From Shigella phage SHSML-52-1, in the sequence record KX130865: a stretch of 64,000 bases of DNA; one strand, given 5' to 3'. How positions within the stretch are numbered: the stretch's first letter is position 1; each line of letters opens with the position of its first letter. The notes beneath the pieces are model-generated. The model was not told where the DNA came from and did not search any database. It saw only the letters and a program-made list of their open reading frames with translations. A program made the position numbers and the translations under genes. Below, piece after piece: positions 18,226 through 27,318 of the stretch.

Positions 18226-18693
18226 ATGGGTATTATTAACACTGCAATAGATTCTGTTTACGCATATAAGTTTATTCGACTAATGCAAAAACCTTTTACC
18301 GAATGGAAAGCGTATGAAGCCAAAATCATCGACGAACGTGGAAGTGTTCTTAAACGTCCTTCTACTCCCGAAGAGAAAGCGGCTTATACACCTTTTCATG
18401 CTTCAGTTCGTTCAATGAAGCGAATGATGAGTACTGTTCCAGGTCTTAATGGAATGGCCTCAATGATGTCTGCCTGGAGTGCCGTAGCATCCCGCTATAA
18501 CATTACAGAAGAACAACAGAAAGAAATATTTAAAGAACTCCCTTTATTTGAGGATATGGTTGCTGGTGATTCAGGCGGTAGTCCTCAAGCTATTGCATCA
18601 GGAACTACTACAGGTGCAATTGTAAATAAAGGTCCAGAACAAATTCCTTCCAAGAAAAGAAAGCGAATTAAAGTAAATATTAATAAGTTGTGA
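18226..18693 (+). CDS. hypothetical protein with basic C-terminal tail (KKRKRIKVNINKL)
   Basis: ATG 18226 preceded by AGGAGG; track ORF starts 18199. Confidence 0.5.
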   Translation: MGIINTAIDSVYAYKFIRLMQKPFTEWKAYEAKIIDERGSVLKRPSTPEEKAAYTPFHASVRSMKRMMSTVPGLNGMASMMSAWSAVASRYNITEEQQKEIFKELPLFEDMVAGDSGGSPQAIASGTTTGAIVNKGPEQIPSKKRKRIKVNINKL

Positions 18694-18699
18694 TAAGAT

Positions 18700-18719
18700 G
18701 GCCTTATTAATTTAAGGCC
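18700..18719 (+). promoter_or_regulatory. hairpin GGCCTTA-TTAATT-TAAGGCC upstream of gene 61
   Basis: 7-bp perfect inverted repeat in the 39-nt spacer before the gene 61 ATG; no U-run. Confidence 0.35.
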
Positions 18720-18732
18720 TCTGGAGAATACT

Positions 18733-19755
18733 ATGGCTGAATGGATAGATAATGAATTTGCTTATCGTGCGTTTTCTCACCTCCCTCGTTTTAGACAAAT
18801 CAATAATTCAAGCACATTTAAATTAACATTTCGTTGTCCAGTTTGTGGCGACTCCCAGACAGATGCAATGAAAGCTCGCGGATGGTATTATGGCGGTACT
18901 CCAGGTAATGTGCATTGCTATAACTGTCAATACCACAATACAATTTCTGGATACTTAAAAGAGTATGATGAAGAGCTTTATCGCGAATATCTAATGGAAG
19001 TTCGTAAAGAAAAAGCTAGAATGGAACCAAAGATTGAAAAGGTTCCTGAAGCTAAGCCGGAGCCAGAGAAAAAGACTATAAATTCTTTGCCATCTTGTTC
19101 TCGTCTGGACAAGTTGCCTGAAGAGCATCCTATTGTGAAATATGTTAAGTCTCGGTGTATTCCTAAAGAATCGTGGAACAGATTATGGTTCACATTAGAA
19201 TGGCCCAAATTGGTCAACAAGATTCAACCTGGTACGTATAAGAAAGAGATTCCTGAACCGCGTTTAGTGATTCCTATTTTTAATAAAGATGGGAAGGCCG
19301 AGTCATTCCAAGGACGTGCACTTCGTAAAGATGCTCCTCAGAAATATATCACTATTAAAGCGTTTGAGTCTGCAACAAAAATTTATGGTGTTGAACGTGT
19401 TAAGGAAGGAGACGTCTGGGTAATGGAAGGCCCTATTGATAGTTTATTCATACCCAATGCAATCGCTATTACAGGCGGCTCGATAGATTTAGATGTGGTA
19501 CCATTTAAAGAACGTCGGGTATGGGTAATGGATAATGAACCTAGGCATCCGGATACTATAGCTCGTATGAAGCGATTAGTTGATGCAGGCGAACGTGTCA
19601 TGTTCTGGGACCGAGCTCCATGGAGATCAAAGGATGTGAATGATATGGTAATGAAAGAAAATGCAACACCACAAGAAATTTTAGAATATATGAAACAGAA
19701 TATTTCAAGTGGGTTGCATGCTAAAATGAGATTATCTCGTTATTCGAAGATTTAA
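18733..19755 (+). CDS. 61: DNA primase gp61
   Basis: 340 aa; zinc ribbon CPVCGDS…CYNC and overall match to recalled T4 gp61. Confidence 0.93.
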   Translation: MAEWIDNEFAYRAFSHLPRFRQINNSSTFKLTFRCPVCGDSQTDAMKARGWYYGGTPGNVHCYNCQYHNTISGYLKEYDEELYREYLMEVRKEKARMEPKIEKVPEAKPEPEKKTINSLPSCSRLDKLPEEHPIVKYVKSRCIPKESWNRLWFTLEWPKLVNKIQPGTYKKEIPEPRLVIPIFNKDGKAESFQGRALRKDAPQKYITIKAFESATKIYGVERVKEGDVWVMEGPIDSLFIPNAIAITGGSIDLDVVPFKERRVWVMDNEPRHPDTIARMKRLVDAGERVMFWDRAPWRSKDVNDMVMKENATPQEILEYMKQNISSGLHAKMRLSRYSKI

Positions 19756-19949
19756 ACAAGCCCTATAATAGCAAAGGCCAAATCAACTACAGTATCCAAT
19801 GGAATAGAAGGAACTATAATACCATGGGCAACTAACAATGGTGCAATCCCGAAGTTCCATGAAATAATGCCACCTACAACTATTGCAGCGATAGCAGTTT
19901 TCTTTTTATTGCCTTTAATAGCGTTGATTAACGATGGAAGTTTAAACAT
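19752..19949 (-). CDS. small membrane protein (65 aa), antisense to the surrounding early genes
   Basis: Strong RBS AAGGAGATATT before ATG on the minus strand; hydrophobic segments; convergent with gene 61. Confidence 0.45.
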   Translation of the reverse strand: MFKLPSLINAIKGNKKKTAIAAIVVGGIISWNFGIAPLLVAHGIIVPSIPLDTVVDLAFAIIGLV

Positions 19950-19978
19950 AATATCTCCTTAGTTACCTATTATTTATT

Positions 19979-20004
19979 ACGCTTTATAAAATTAATGTTA
20001 GAAT
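19979..20004 (+). promoter_or_regulatory. putative middle promoter for gene 56 (ACGCTTTA 19979-19986, -10 TAGAAT 19999-20004)
   Basis: MotA-box-like element with 12-bp spacing to -10. Confidence 0.4.
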
Positions 20005-20037
20005 TAACTTTCTTATACTGAATTGAAAGGAAAAATA

Positions 20038-20559
20038 ATGGCACACTTTAACGAATGTTCACAACTTATTTCTGGTGTTGATAAAGCAGAAGAAGCTTAT
20101 TTTAATGCTCTGATTCACGAAGATAAAGACCCACTGCAGGTAATGCTTGATATGCAGAAATCTTTACAGGTTCGTCTGGCAAATGACAAGCCTGAACATA
20201 ACAAACATCCTGATGAATTGGCTACTGCTGGTGATGTTGTTGATTGGCTGCGTAATCAGAAAGATTATATTGATGATGAATTCCGTGAACTGCTGACTTC
20301 ACTTGGTGGTATGAGCAATGGTGAAAAAGCCGCTAGCTCTGTATGGAAGCCATGGAAAGCACAACATGCTGAATATCGAAATCGTCGTATCGATGAATTG
20401 TCTCCTGAAGACCAGCTTGAAATTAAATTTGAGATGATTGATATCCTCCACTTTGTTCTGAATATGTTCCAAGGTCTGGGTCTTTCTGCTGAAGAAATCT
20501 TTAAACTTTATTACCTGAAAAATGCTGAAAATTTCGCACGTCAAGACCGAGGTTATTAA
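20038..20559 (+). CDS. 56: dCTP pyrophosphatase gp56 (MazG-like)
   Basis: N-terminus MAHFNEC… and overall match to recalled T4 gp56; track ORF starts at upstream TTG 20023. Confidence 0.9.
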   Translation: MAHFNECSQLISGVDKAEEAYFNALIHEDKDPLQVMLDMQKSLQVRLANDKPEHNKHPDELATAGDVVDWLRNQKDYIDDEFRELLTSLGGMSNGEKAASSVWKPWKAQHAEYRNRRIDELSPEDQLEIKFEMIDILHFVLNMFQGLGLSAEEIFKLYYLKNAENFARQDRGY

Positions 20560-20726
20560 TGGCTCGTTTAAATAAACGCCAACTCAAGAAAGCCCATAAG
20601 AAACGTATTGACCGGCTATTTAAAGATTATAACAAAGAGCTCGTGTGTGAGCTCTTAACTAATCAACTTCGTATGGTTGAAGTTATAGAAGGTCCTGACG
20701 AAATTTTGTCAGTGAAGAAGCTTTAA
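20559..20726 (+). CDS. hypothetical basic protein (55 aa)
   Basis: TAATG overlap with the gene 56 stop; not in track (below 60 aa). Confidence 0.3.
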   Translation: MARLNKRQLKKAHKKRIDRLFKDYNKELVCELLTNQLRMVEVIEGPDEILSVKKL

Positions 20727-20748
20727 AATTAATTATAGAGCATTCAAA

Positions 20749-20973
20749 ATGAAATTTGATTTCTACTCATGGCAAAAAGCCGGGAGACCGGCTACTCGAG
20801 CATTTGGTTCTGATGGATATGATGACAGGCTTCATTGGAAATTTAATAACTCAGATGATTATTCTCCAGTAATCATTAATGGTGATGTTGTTGTATTAGC
20901 TAAATTCGGGTATTTTACTGTTCCACAGGAATTCATTATAAATACACCTGTAATTAAACAACAAAGGAGTTAA
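20749..20973 (+). CDS. hypothetical protein (74 aa)
   Basis: Track ORF; weak RBS; its 3' end carries the soc late promoter. Confidence 0.35.
   Translation: MKFDFYSWQKAGRPATRAFGSDGYDDRLHWKFNNSDDYSPVIINGDVVVLAKFGYFTVPQEFIINTPVIKQQRS
20937..20944 (+). promoter_or_regulatory. late promoter TATAAATA for soc
   Basis: Exact T4 late -10 consensus about 32 nt upstream of the soc ATG, with RBS AAGGAG between. Confidence 0.5.
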
Positions 20974-20975
20974 TT

Positions 20976-21212
20976 ATGGGTGGTTATGTAAACATCAAAA
21001 CCTTTACGCATCCTGCTGGTGAAGGTAAAGAAGTTAAAGGTATGGAAGTTTCTGTGCCGTTTGAGATTTATTCAAACGAACATCGGATTGCAGATTCTCA
21101 TTACCAAATCTTTCCATCAGAAAAGGCAGCTTATTCTACTGTAGTTTCTGATGCAGCTGACTGGAAAACTAAGAACGCTGCAATGTTTACCCCTACACCA
21201 GTAAGTGGTTAA
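20976..21212 (+). CDS. soc: small outer capsid protein Soc
   Basis: 78 aa; GYVNIKTF…HYQIFPSEKAAYSTV matches T4 Soc as recalled. Confidence 0.7.
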   Translation: MGGYVNIKTFTHPAGEGKEVKGMEVSVPFEIYSNEHRIADSHYQIFPSEKAAYSTVVSDAADWKTKNAAMFTPTPVSG

Positions 21213-21219
21213 ATAATTT

Positions 21220-21247
21220 AAGGAATCCTTCGGGATTCCTTTTTTTG
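21220..21247 (+). terminator. rho-independent terminator after soc (AAGGAAUCC-UUCG-GGAUUCCUU + U7)
   Basis: Perfect 9-bp stem, UUCG loop, followed by TTTTTTGTTT. Confidence 0.8.
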
Positions 21248-21255
21248 TTTATACA

Positions 21256-21290
21256 GTTTACATCCACTAAAAACTGTGTTAAGATATTCT
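21256..21290 (+). promoter_or_regulatory. early promoter (-35 GTTTAC 21256-21261)
   Basis: GTTTAC directly after the terminator; -10 not canonical. Confidence 0.3.
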
Positions 21291-21313
21291 TACTTACTCA
21301 AGAGGAGAACAAT

Positions 21314-21541
21314 ATGTTAAATCGTTGGATTAAACCTAATAACACATTAGGTGCTTTGATTGCTCAAGAAGTTTCGTTGAAATACGGTCTTGGATATTAC
21401 GATGATGTAGTCATACACTCATTCATGATGGATGGTGAAGACGTCAAATTTAATGCCGAAATCCGCTGGGATGACGGTGGTGTTCGTTTTGTTCGAGGAA
21501 CAATTAATGCTTACGATGCTGAAGAAGTTATTTGCTGTTAA
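21314..21541 (+). CDS. hypothetical protein (75 aa)
   Basis: ATG 21314 with RBS AGAGGAGAA; track ORF begins upstream at 21245. Confidence 0.45.
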   Translation: MLNRWIKPNNTLGALIAQEVSLKYGLGYYDDVVIHSFMMDGEDVKFNAEIRWDDGGVRFVRGTINAYDAEEVICC

Positions 21542-21554
21542 ACCAGGCGAAGGT

Positions 21555-21755
21555 ATGATGCCTATTCCTGATACACACGAAAAAAGTTGGGAATACATTG
21601 GTGACGGCATGATGGAAGAAGTTATTCGTCCAAAAACAAAACAGGTTAATGCTTCAAGCTCTTCAAGTTATAATCATTCATACGTATCGTCTTGGCCTGG
21701 TGATTCCGGGTCAAGTTATTCTGATTGTAGTTCGGACTCAGGGAGTTGTGATTAA
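21555..21755 (+). CDS. hypothetical Ser-rich protein (66 aa)
   Basis: ATG 21555 after AGGCGAAGG; track ORF 21432-21755 in the same frame. Confidence 0.35.
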   Translation: MMPIPDTHEKSWEYIGDGMMEEVIRPKTKQVNASSSSSYNHSYVSSWPGDSGSSYSDCSSDSGSCD

Positions 21756-21934
21756 TGAACAGAATAGTTAAATGGTTTAAAAGCTGGGACGATGGTGTCG
21801 GTCCAGAAGATTGGCTGGATGTTCTTGAAGAGAATATGGCTAAAGAATTCCAGAAACATGAAGAAAAGCTCGTCGAAGATGAAGGCGAACGTATTGTAAA
21901 ACTTTATATGGGTGAACCATCGAGGAAATTATAA
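21755..21934 (+). CDS. hypothetical acidic protein (59 aa)
   Basis: TAATG-coupled to both neighbours; not in track (below 60 aa). Confidence 0.3.
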   Translation: MNRIVKWFKSWDDGVGPEDWLDVLEENMAKEFQKHEEKLVEDEGERIVKLYMGEPSRKL

Positions 21935-22398
21935 TGGATGCTATGTTATTTAAAATGTATTTGCTTGAAGCCAAGTCGTTTAAACATATACCAGTAGAAG
22001 ATAAGACTCCACTAGAAATAGCTATTCTCATTAACAAAAGTCTAAATAATCCGCAATATATCGTAGAAGAATTCTGCAAATTGCAGATTCCTAAAGGTTA
22101 CAAAATTCGTGTAGAGCGAGTTGGAGCTATTACTCGTTCTAAAAATTCTCCGTTTAGTCTTGAAGAAGGCATAAAGGACTTAGGTTATGAATCCACGGAA
22201 AATGCTGTTTATGTGAATCCTGAAAGGCGTTTAGACCTGTTTGAAAAGCGGGACCATAAGTATTTTGCCAAAAAATACTTTATTACATCATTAGCAGATT
22301 TAGTCCATTTGCAACGAGCTATTTGGAAATTTTTTAAGACAAAAGGTGTAGCGCTAGAAACATTCTCCGAGCAGCCTAGTTTTTATTTAGGTGAATAA
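21934..22398 (+). CDS. hypothetical protein (154 aa)
   Basis: Track ORF; no family recognised. Confidence 0.5.
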   Translation: MDAMLFKMYLLEAKSFKHIPVEDKTPLEIAILINKSLNNPQYIVEEFCKLQIPKGYKIRVERVGAITRSKNSPFSLEEGIKDLGYESTENAVYVNPERRLDLFEKRDHKYFAKKYFITSLADLVHLQRAIWKFFKTKGVALETFSEQPSFYLGE

Positions 22399-22579
22399 TA
22401 TGGACCTTATGAGTATGTTTGACGAGCCTGAAGTTGAGGCTCCTAAAGTGCATCGTAGTGAACTTGTTGATGAACTAGATAGTATTATACAACGACACGG
22501 CTTTAGTTTACCTGTCGAAGCCCTGAAAGACCTTGCCTCTTATTATGACGACCCTCCACCATGGAGTCCTTGGAAATGA
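22391..22579 (+). CDS. hypothetical acidic protein (62 aa)
   Basis: Track ORF overlapping the upstream stop. Confidence 0.4.
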   Translation: MNNMDLMSMFDEPEVEAPKVHRSELVDELDSIIQRHGFSLPVEALKDLASYYDDPPPWSPWK

Positions 22580-22739
22580 AAGAGAAATTTAAAGAGAAAT
22601 TCTTACTAGAAATCAAGGAAAAAGACTTTGAGACATGGTATCGAATGGTGAAAGGGTTGACATTGCTTTTTAAAGCATCGTTATTCATGTTAGAACAACC
22701 TGGCCCAGATGGTCCTTTAGTAGGAAAGCTTAAAAAGTA

Positions 22740-22768
22740 GTTTACATTCCCTCCTCTCGTGTTATGAT
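22740..22768 (+). promoter_or_regulatory. early promoter (-35 GTTTAC 22740-22745, -10 TATGAT 22763-22768)
   Basis: 17-bp spacer; 28 nt upstream of the 22796 ATG. Confidence 0.45.
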
Positions 22769-22795
22769 AGGCTTATCTTTAAATGGAGGTCTATC

Positions 22796-23377
22796 ATGAC
22801 ATGTCAATCTGAACTTCAAGAACGCGAATACCTAACAAATCTTATTGATAGCAAATTCACCCGCCAAGAACAAAACATTCTCTGGGCTTGCACCGATTCT
22901 AAGGAAGACCCGGATTTCCACTATGAATTAGACCATCTTGTTCGTAAGCATATGACTTCTACAGTACCAGTAGAACTCTACCGTGGTGTAACTCCAGAAG
23001 AAGTAGAACATCTTTCATTGTTATCTGTAGGATGCCATTGGTCTCCTGGACGAGTAACATCGTTCACAACTGATTTCAGTACGGCTCGTCAATTCTCTGG
23101 GAGATGGGAATATCAGACGTACACTATTCTTAGTCTCAGGAATGCTCCATTCATTTTTGATTACTACCAAAACATGGTTAACATTGTACTTGCCGGAAAG
23201 AATCCTAAGCATGTTATGGAAGAAACGCGTGTTGACGTCCTAGATATGATTGAATCTGAACAAGAATACATGGTCTCAGGTATCTCTAGATTTGAGATTG
23301 TGGAAATTGAAGACTTAGAATATGACCCTTTATCTCGACTATACAAAATCATTCATTTAAAAATGTTGAATTTTTAG
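22796..23377 (+). CDS. ADP-ribosyltransferase, ModA/ModB-like (paralog 1)
   Basis: 193 aa; R-S-E arrangement (LYRGV, SFTTDFS, EQEYM) typical of arginine-specific mono-ARTs; paralogous to the next gene. Confidence 0.55.
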   Translation: MTCQSELQEREYLTNLIDSKFTRQEQNILWACTDSKEDPDFHYELDHLVRKHMTSTVPVELYRGVTPEEVEHLSLLSVGCHWSPGRVTSFTTDFSTARQFSGRWEYQTYTILSLRNAPFIFDYYQNMVNIVLAGKNPKHVMEETRVDVLDMIESEQEYMVSGISRFEIVEIEDLEYDPLSRLYKIIHLKMLNF

Positions 23378-23406
23378 TGTACAAACTCTACCGACGATGA
23401 TACTAT
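23377..23406 (+). promoter_or_regulatory. early promoter (-35 GTGTAC 23377-23382, -10 TACTAT 23401-23406)
   Basis: 18-bp spacer; upstream of the second ART paralog. Confidence 0.4.
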
Positions 23407-23434
23407 ACCTTTATCAACCACAGGAGAAACCTAA

Positions 23435-24043
23435 ATGTTTATGCCGTATAATGAATGTGAAATTGAGGAAATGGTTCGCCGTGCTCAATGCCCCGAATAT
23501 CAAGATGAATTGCAGTACGAAATTGATAGTCAATTCAACGATAATGAACAAAGCATCCTTTGGCAGTGTATGGAAAACAAGCCAGACTGTATTCAACAGG
23601 AGTTAAGTTCAATCGTTCGTAGAAATTGGACGTCTTCAGTTCCTGAGACAATGTATCGTGGAATCTCTAAGAAAACTATGGCCACACTCGATGATAAAAG
23701 CATTGGTAGTATTATTAAATTTGACAGAGTAATGAGCTTTAGTCCAGTGTTCGGTGTAGCACGTAACTTTGCTTCGTATAATTTTTACGGAACATTTAAT
23801 ATGTTCTGCATCAAAGATGCACCATTTGCTTTCAACTTCCGTGAACATATGCTTAACATGATTCTGGCTGCGCCATCTTGTGAGTTCAATGGAGCTTTCC
23901 CTGAAGCGACAAGACGGTCTAATGCTAGACTTATATCTGACGAATGCGAATTTATGCTCCCTATAGGGACTACACTACGTGTAGATTCTATTATTCAAGA
24001 TGGACGTTATACAATCTGGAATCTGTCTATTGTCAGTTACTGA
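23435..24043 (+). CDS. ADP-ribosyltransferase, ModA/ModB-like (paralog 2)
   Basis: 202 aa; shares N-terminal block (E.QSILW.C…VRRNWTSSVPETMYRGI) with paralog 1; SFSPVFG and ECEFM motifs. Confidence 0.55.
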   Translation: MFMPYNECEIEEMVRRAQCPEYQDELQYEIDSQFNDNEQSILWQCMENKPDCIQQELSSIVRRNWTSSVPETMYRGISKKTMATLDDKSIGSIIKFDRVMSFSPVFGVARNFASYNFYGTFNMFCIKDAPFAFNFREHMLNMILAAPSCEFNGAFPEATRRSNARLISDECEFMLPIGTTLRVDSIIQDGRYTIWNLSIVSY

Positions 24044-24117
24044 CTGAATTGGAATAACCGGATGGAACTCAGAACCATTATAACACATAAAAAATTAAAG
24101 CATTTTATGAAAAAAGA

Positions 24118-24158
24118 GTGTACACTACCTGAGGGCATGATATTATAGACCTATCAGC
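24118..24158 (+). promoter_or_regulatory. PeSL-type early promoter (-35 GTGTAC 24118-24123, -10 TATTAT 24141-24146, core TATAGACCTATCAGC)
   Basis: 17-bp spacer; conserved cassette core. Confidence 0.5.
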
Positions 24159-24196
24159 TAAATGACCTTAACGTCCGTAAGACAGAGGAAAATATT

Positions 24197-24943
24197 ATGT
24201 TATCAAATAATAAAATTAACAAAATCAATCGTCGTCTTGACCACACCAGAGCTTCTGCGAAGAGACGCTCTAAGGATTTTAACTTAGACTTTAATTACCT
24301 TAAAAACATTCTTGATCAAAAGGTCTGCGCTTACTCAGGTGAATCTTTCAATAACTCTGTTGAAGGTGAGAAATTATCCTTAGAACGTTTTAATAACGAT
24401 ATCGGCTACATTAAAGGTAATGTTATCCCAGTTAAGAAAAAATATAACACGGCTCGTTCTGATTTAACATTAGAAGAACTTATTGAGAAACGTGATGCCA
24501 TTGCAAGACGTATCGCTAATCCTTCTGTCCGTAAAGTAGAGAAACTTAATCTCGACGAGAAGAAATGGGCCCAAATTAAAAAGGTTTATGGTACTATTTT
24601 AAAAATCCGAGCAAAACGTGAAAATCGTGTTAAGCATATGGCTAACATGATGAAAAATCAACCTTTATCTAACGAATCTAAACTTAGAATTGTTGCTTTG
24701 AAAGCACGCATTAATGGCTCACATCAAGCAGAAGGCCATGAACTTACTAAACTCAACGTTCTTCTTAAAGGCTCTGACTGGAAAACTAAAACTAAATTAA
24801 CTGATGCTGAATCGCTTTTCGATACATATGATAAAGTTATCCAAGGTCTGCGACGTTTTGAAAAGATTGGTTTCATTGGTAAATTAAAATTGAAACGTGG
24901 CTTACCACTTAGCGCATCATTATTCCAACTGATTAAAGGTTAA
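24197..24943 (+). CDS. basic protein at the srd position (Srd-like, tentative)
   Basis: 248 aa, Lys/Arg-rich; assignment by size and synteny (modA/modB - srd - dda) only. Confidence 0.4.
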   Translation: MLSNNKINKINRRLDHTRASAKRRSKDFNLDFNYLKNILDQKVCAYSGESFNNSVEGEKLSLERFNNDIGYIKGNVIPVKKKYNTARSDLTLEELIEKRDAIARRIANPSVRKVEKLNLDEKKWAQIKKVYGTILKIRAKRENRVKHMANMMKNQPLSNESKLRIVALKARINGSHQAEGHELTKLNVLLKGSDWKTKTKLTDAESLFDTYDKVIQGLRRFEKIGFIGKLKLKRGLPLSASLFQLIKG

Positions 24944-24945
24944 TT

Positions 24946-25257
24946 ATGGTTTATGTATATGCAATAGTTTATCGAGATATGGAAGGATTTACTGTCCCGG
25001 TTCCACTTGATGAGCATCGTCCTGCAGTATTTTTTAGAAAGGATATTGCAGATAAAGTTTTCGATACTTTGAAAACACAGTATAAAACAGATTTAAAAAT
25101 GGGAGTTCTAAGAATGGTCGAAACTCCGCGTAAGTTCTGGTTTAATAAGCTTGAAATGAAACACATTAAACTAGATGCGGAGACGCAAAGATTGTATCAA
25201 CGAATTCTAGATACTGGCCGTATTGTTAGTATTCCAATTGCAGGGACTTTACGATGA
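24946..25257 (+). CDS. hypothetical protein (103 aa)
   Basis: Track ORF, tightly packed between the srd-like gene and dda. Confidence 0.5.
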   Translation: MVYVYAIVYRDMEGFTVPVPLDEHRPAVFFRKDIADKVFDTLKTQYKTDLKMGVLRMVETPRKFWFNKLEMKHIKLDAETQRLYQRILDTGRIVSIPIAGTLR

Positions 25258-26567
25258 CATTTGATGATTTGACTGAAGGCCAGAAAAACGCCTTCAACGT
25301 TGTTATGAAAGCTATTAAAGAAAAGAAACATCACGTAACTATTAACGGGCCTGCTGGTACAGGTAAAACAACCCTTACTAGATTCATCGTTGAAGCTCTT
25401 ATTTCTGCCGGAGAATCAGGTATTATTTTAGCAGCCCCTACACATGCTGCTAAAAAGGTTCTAAGCAAACTTGCCGGTCAAGAAGCATCGACTATTCATA
25501 GCATTCTTAAAATCAACCCAACTACATACGAAGAAAACGTATTGTTTGAACAGAAAAAGGTTCCCGACTTAGCCTTGTGTCGTGTACTGTTATTTGATGA
25601 AGCGTCAATGTGCGACCGTTCTCTGTTTAAAATAATGTTAGCTAGTATCCCTAAATGGTGCACAGTAATTGGAATTGGTGACCGATGCCAGATTCGACCG
25701 GTAGACCCAGGCGAATCAACTGCGTATCTAAGTCCTTTCTTCACTCACAAAGACTTCGTGCAATGCGACCTTACAGAAGTTAAACGTAGCAATGCGCCAA
25801 TTATTGATGTTGCGACTGATATTCGTAATGGCAAATGGATTTATGATAAAGTAGTTGATGGGCATGGTGTTCATGGATATACAGACCTTAAATCGTATAT
25901 GATGAATTATTTTAATGTCGTTAAAACTCCTGAAGACCTTTTCGAAAATCGAATGATGGCATTCACAAATAAGTCGGTGGACAAGTTGAATTCAATTATT
26001 CGCCGAAAACTTTTTGAAACAGAAAAGCCATTTATTAAAGACGAAGTCATTGTTCTACAAGAGCCACTTACTAAGACATATAAGCTAGATGGCAAAAATA
26101 TGACCGAAATGCTTTTCAATAACGGGCAATTCGTTCGTATTCGAGACGCTGTAGAAACGTCTACATTCGTTAAAGCACGCGGTGTTTCAGGCGAATATAT
26201 GATACGATACTGGAATCTTACAGTAGAAACATATGGGGATGATGAAGAATACATCCGCGAAGATATAAAGGTTATTTCTTCCGAAGAAGAGCTTTATAAA
26301 TTCAATTTGTTTTTGGCTAAGACCGCAGAAACATACAAATTTTGGAATAAAGGTGGTAAAGCTCCATGGAGCGAATTCTGGGATGCTAAACGTATGTTCA
26401 CTAAGGTGAAGGCACTACCAGTATCAACCTTCCATAAGGCCCAGGGTATGTCTGTTGACACGGCCTTTGTTTATACACCGTGTATCCATTATGCCGATTC
26501 AGAATTAGCTAAACAGTTATTATATGTCGGCACAACTCGTGGTCGTTTTGACGTCCATTTTATTTGA
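25254..26567 (+). CDS. dda: Dda DNA helicase (SF1)
   Basis: 437 aa; N-terminus MTFDDLTEGQKNAFN…GPAGTGKTT matches recalled T4 Dda. Confidence 0.95.
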   Translation: MTFDDLTEGQKNAFNVVMKAIKEKKHHVTINGPAGTGKTTLTRFIVEALISAGESGIILAAPTHAAKKVLSKLAGQEASTIHSILKINPTTYEENVLFEQKKVPDLALCRVLLFDEASMCDRSLFKIMLASIPKWCTVIGIGDRCQIRPVDPGESTAYLSPFFTHKDFVQCDLTEVKRSNAPIIDVATDIRNGKWIYDKVVDGHGVHGYTDLKSYMMNYFNVVKTPEDLFENRMMAFTNKSVDKLNSIIRRKLFETEKPFIKDEVIVLQEPLTKTYKLDGKNMTEMLFNNGQFVRIRDAVETSTFVKARGVSGEYMIRYWNLTVETYGDDEEYIREDIKVISSEEELYKFNLFLAKTAETYKFWNKGGKAPWSEFWDAKRMFTKVKALPVSTFHKAQGMSVDTAFVYTPCIHYADSELAKQLLYVGTTRGRFDVHFI

Positions 26568-26576
26568 GAGAAAATT

Positions 26577-27254
26577 ATGAGCACTGATGTTATTATAGAT
26601 TTTGAAACATTCGGCAATACATCAAAAGCGGCTGTTATTGACCTTGCGGTTATTGCATATAATTCCGACCCTGAAGTTGTTGAATCATTTGAAGAACTTG
26701 TTCAACGAGGTAAGCGAATTAAATTTAATTTAGCTTCTCAGAAAGGGAAGCGAGTTTTCGCTAAATCCACTATGAAATGGTGGAAAGAACAATCGGCTGA
26801 AGCACGTAAAAACTTGGCCCCGTCTGAAGACGATGTCACTACGCTTGAAGGCATTAAAATCTTTTTAGATTATTGTCGAGCTAATAAAGTTGACCAATGG
26901 AAATCACAGATGTGGTGCCGTGGTATGAGCTTTGACTTCCCGATATTGGTCGATTTGATTCGTGACCTCTATCGTGATGAAGGTGTTCTTGAACCAGATA
27001 TTGATACTGATAAATTAGAACCGGTTAAATTCTGGGCTCAACGTGATATTCGTACGGCAATCGAAGCTTACTCGTTGACACGAGGATTAAGTATGTGTCC
27101 ATTACCGATGGGTACGCTAAAAGGATTCGTTGCCCATGATAGTATTCATGATTGTGCTAAAGATATTTTGATGTTAAAATATGCTCAGCGTTATGCGCTT
27201 GGCCTTGAAGATGTCCCTGAGAATCCTGACCCGTTAAGTGTAAAACAGCGATAA
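26577..27254 (+). CDS. dexA: exonuclease A (DexA, DEDD 3'-5' exonuclease)
   Basis: 225 aa; N-terminal DFETFG exo motif; position after dda. Confidence 0.8.
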   Translation: MSTDVIIDFETFGNTSKAAVIDLAVIAYNSDPEVVESFEELVQRGKRIKFNLASQKGKRVFAKSTMKWWKEQSAEARKNLAPSEDDVTTLEGIKIFLDYCRANKVDQWKSQMWCRGMSFDFPILVDLIRDLYRDEGVLEPDIDTDKLEPVKFWAQRDIRTAIEAYSLTRGLSMCPLPMGTLKGFVAHDSIHDCAKDILMLKYAQRYALGLEDVPENPDPLSVKQR

Positions 27255-27258
27255 ACCA

Positions 27259-27288
27259 GTTTACAACCAAGGATGGTTGGAGTATAAT
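27259..27288 (+). promoter_or_regulatory. early promoter (-35 GTTTAC 27259-27264, -10 TATAAT 27283-27288)
   Basis: Consensus hexamers with 18-bp spacer containing CAACCAAGGATGGTTG. Confidence 0.55.
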
Positions 27289-27318
27289 CTTTCTATCTTA
27301 ACTAAACAGGAAAACATT

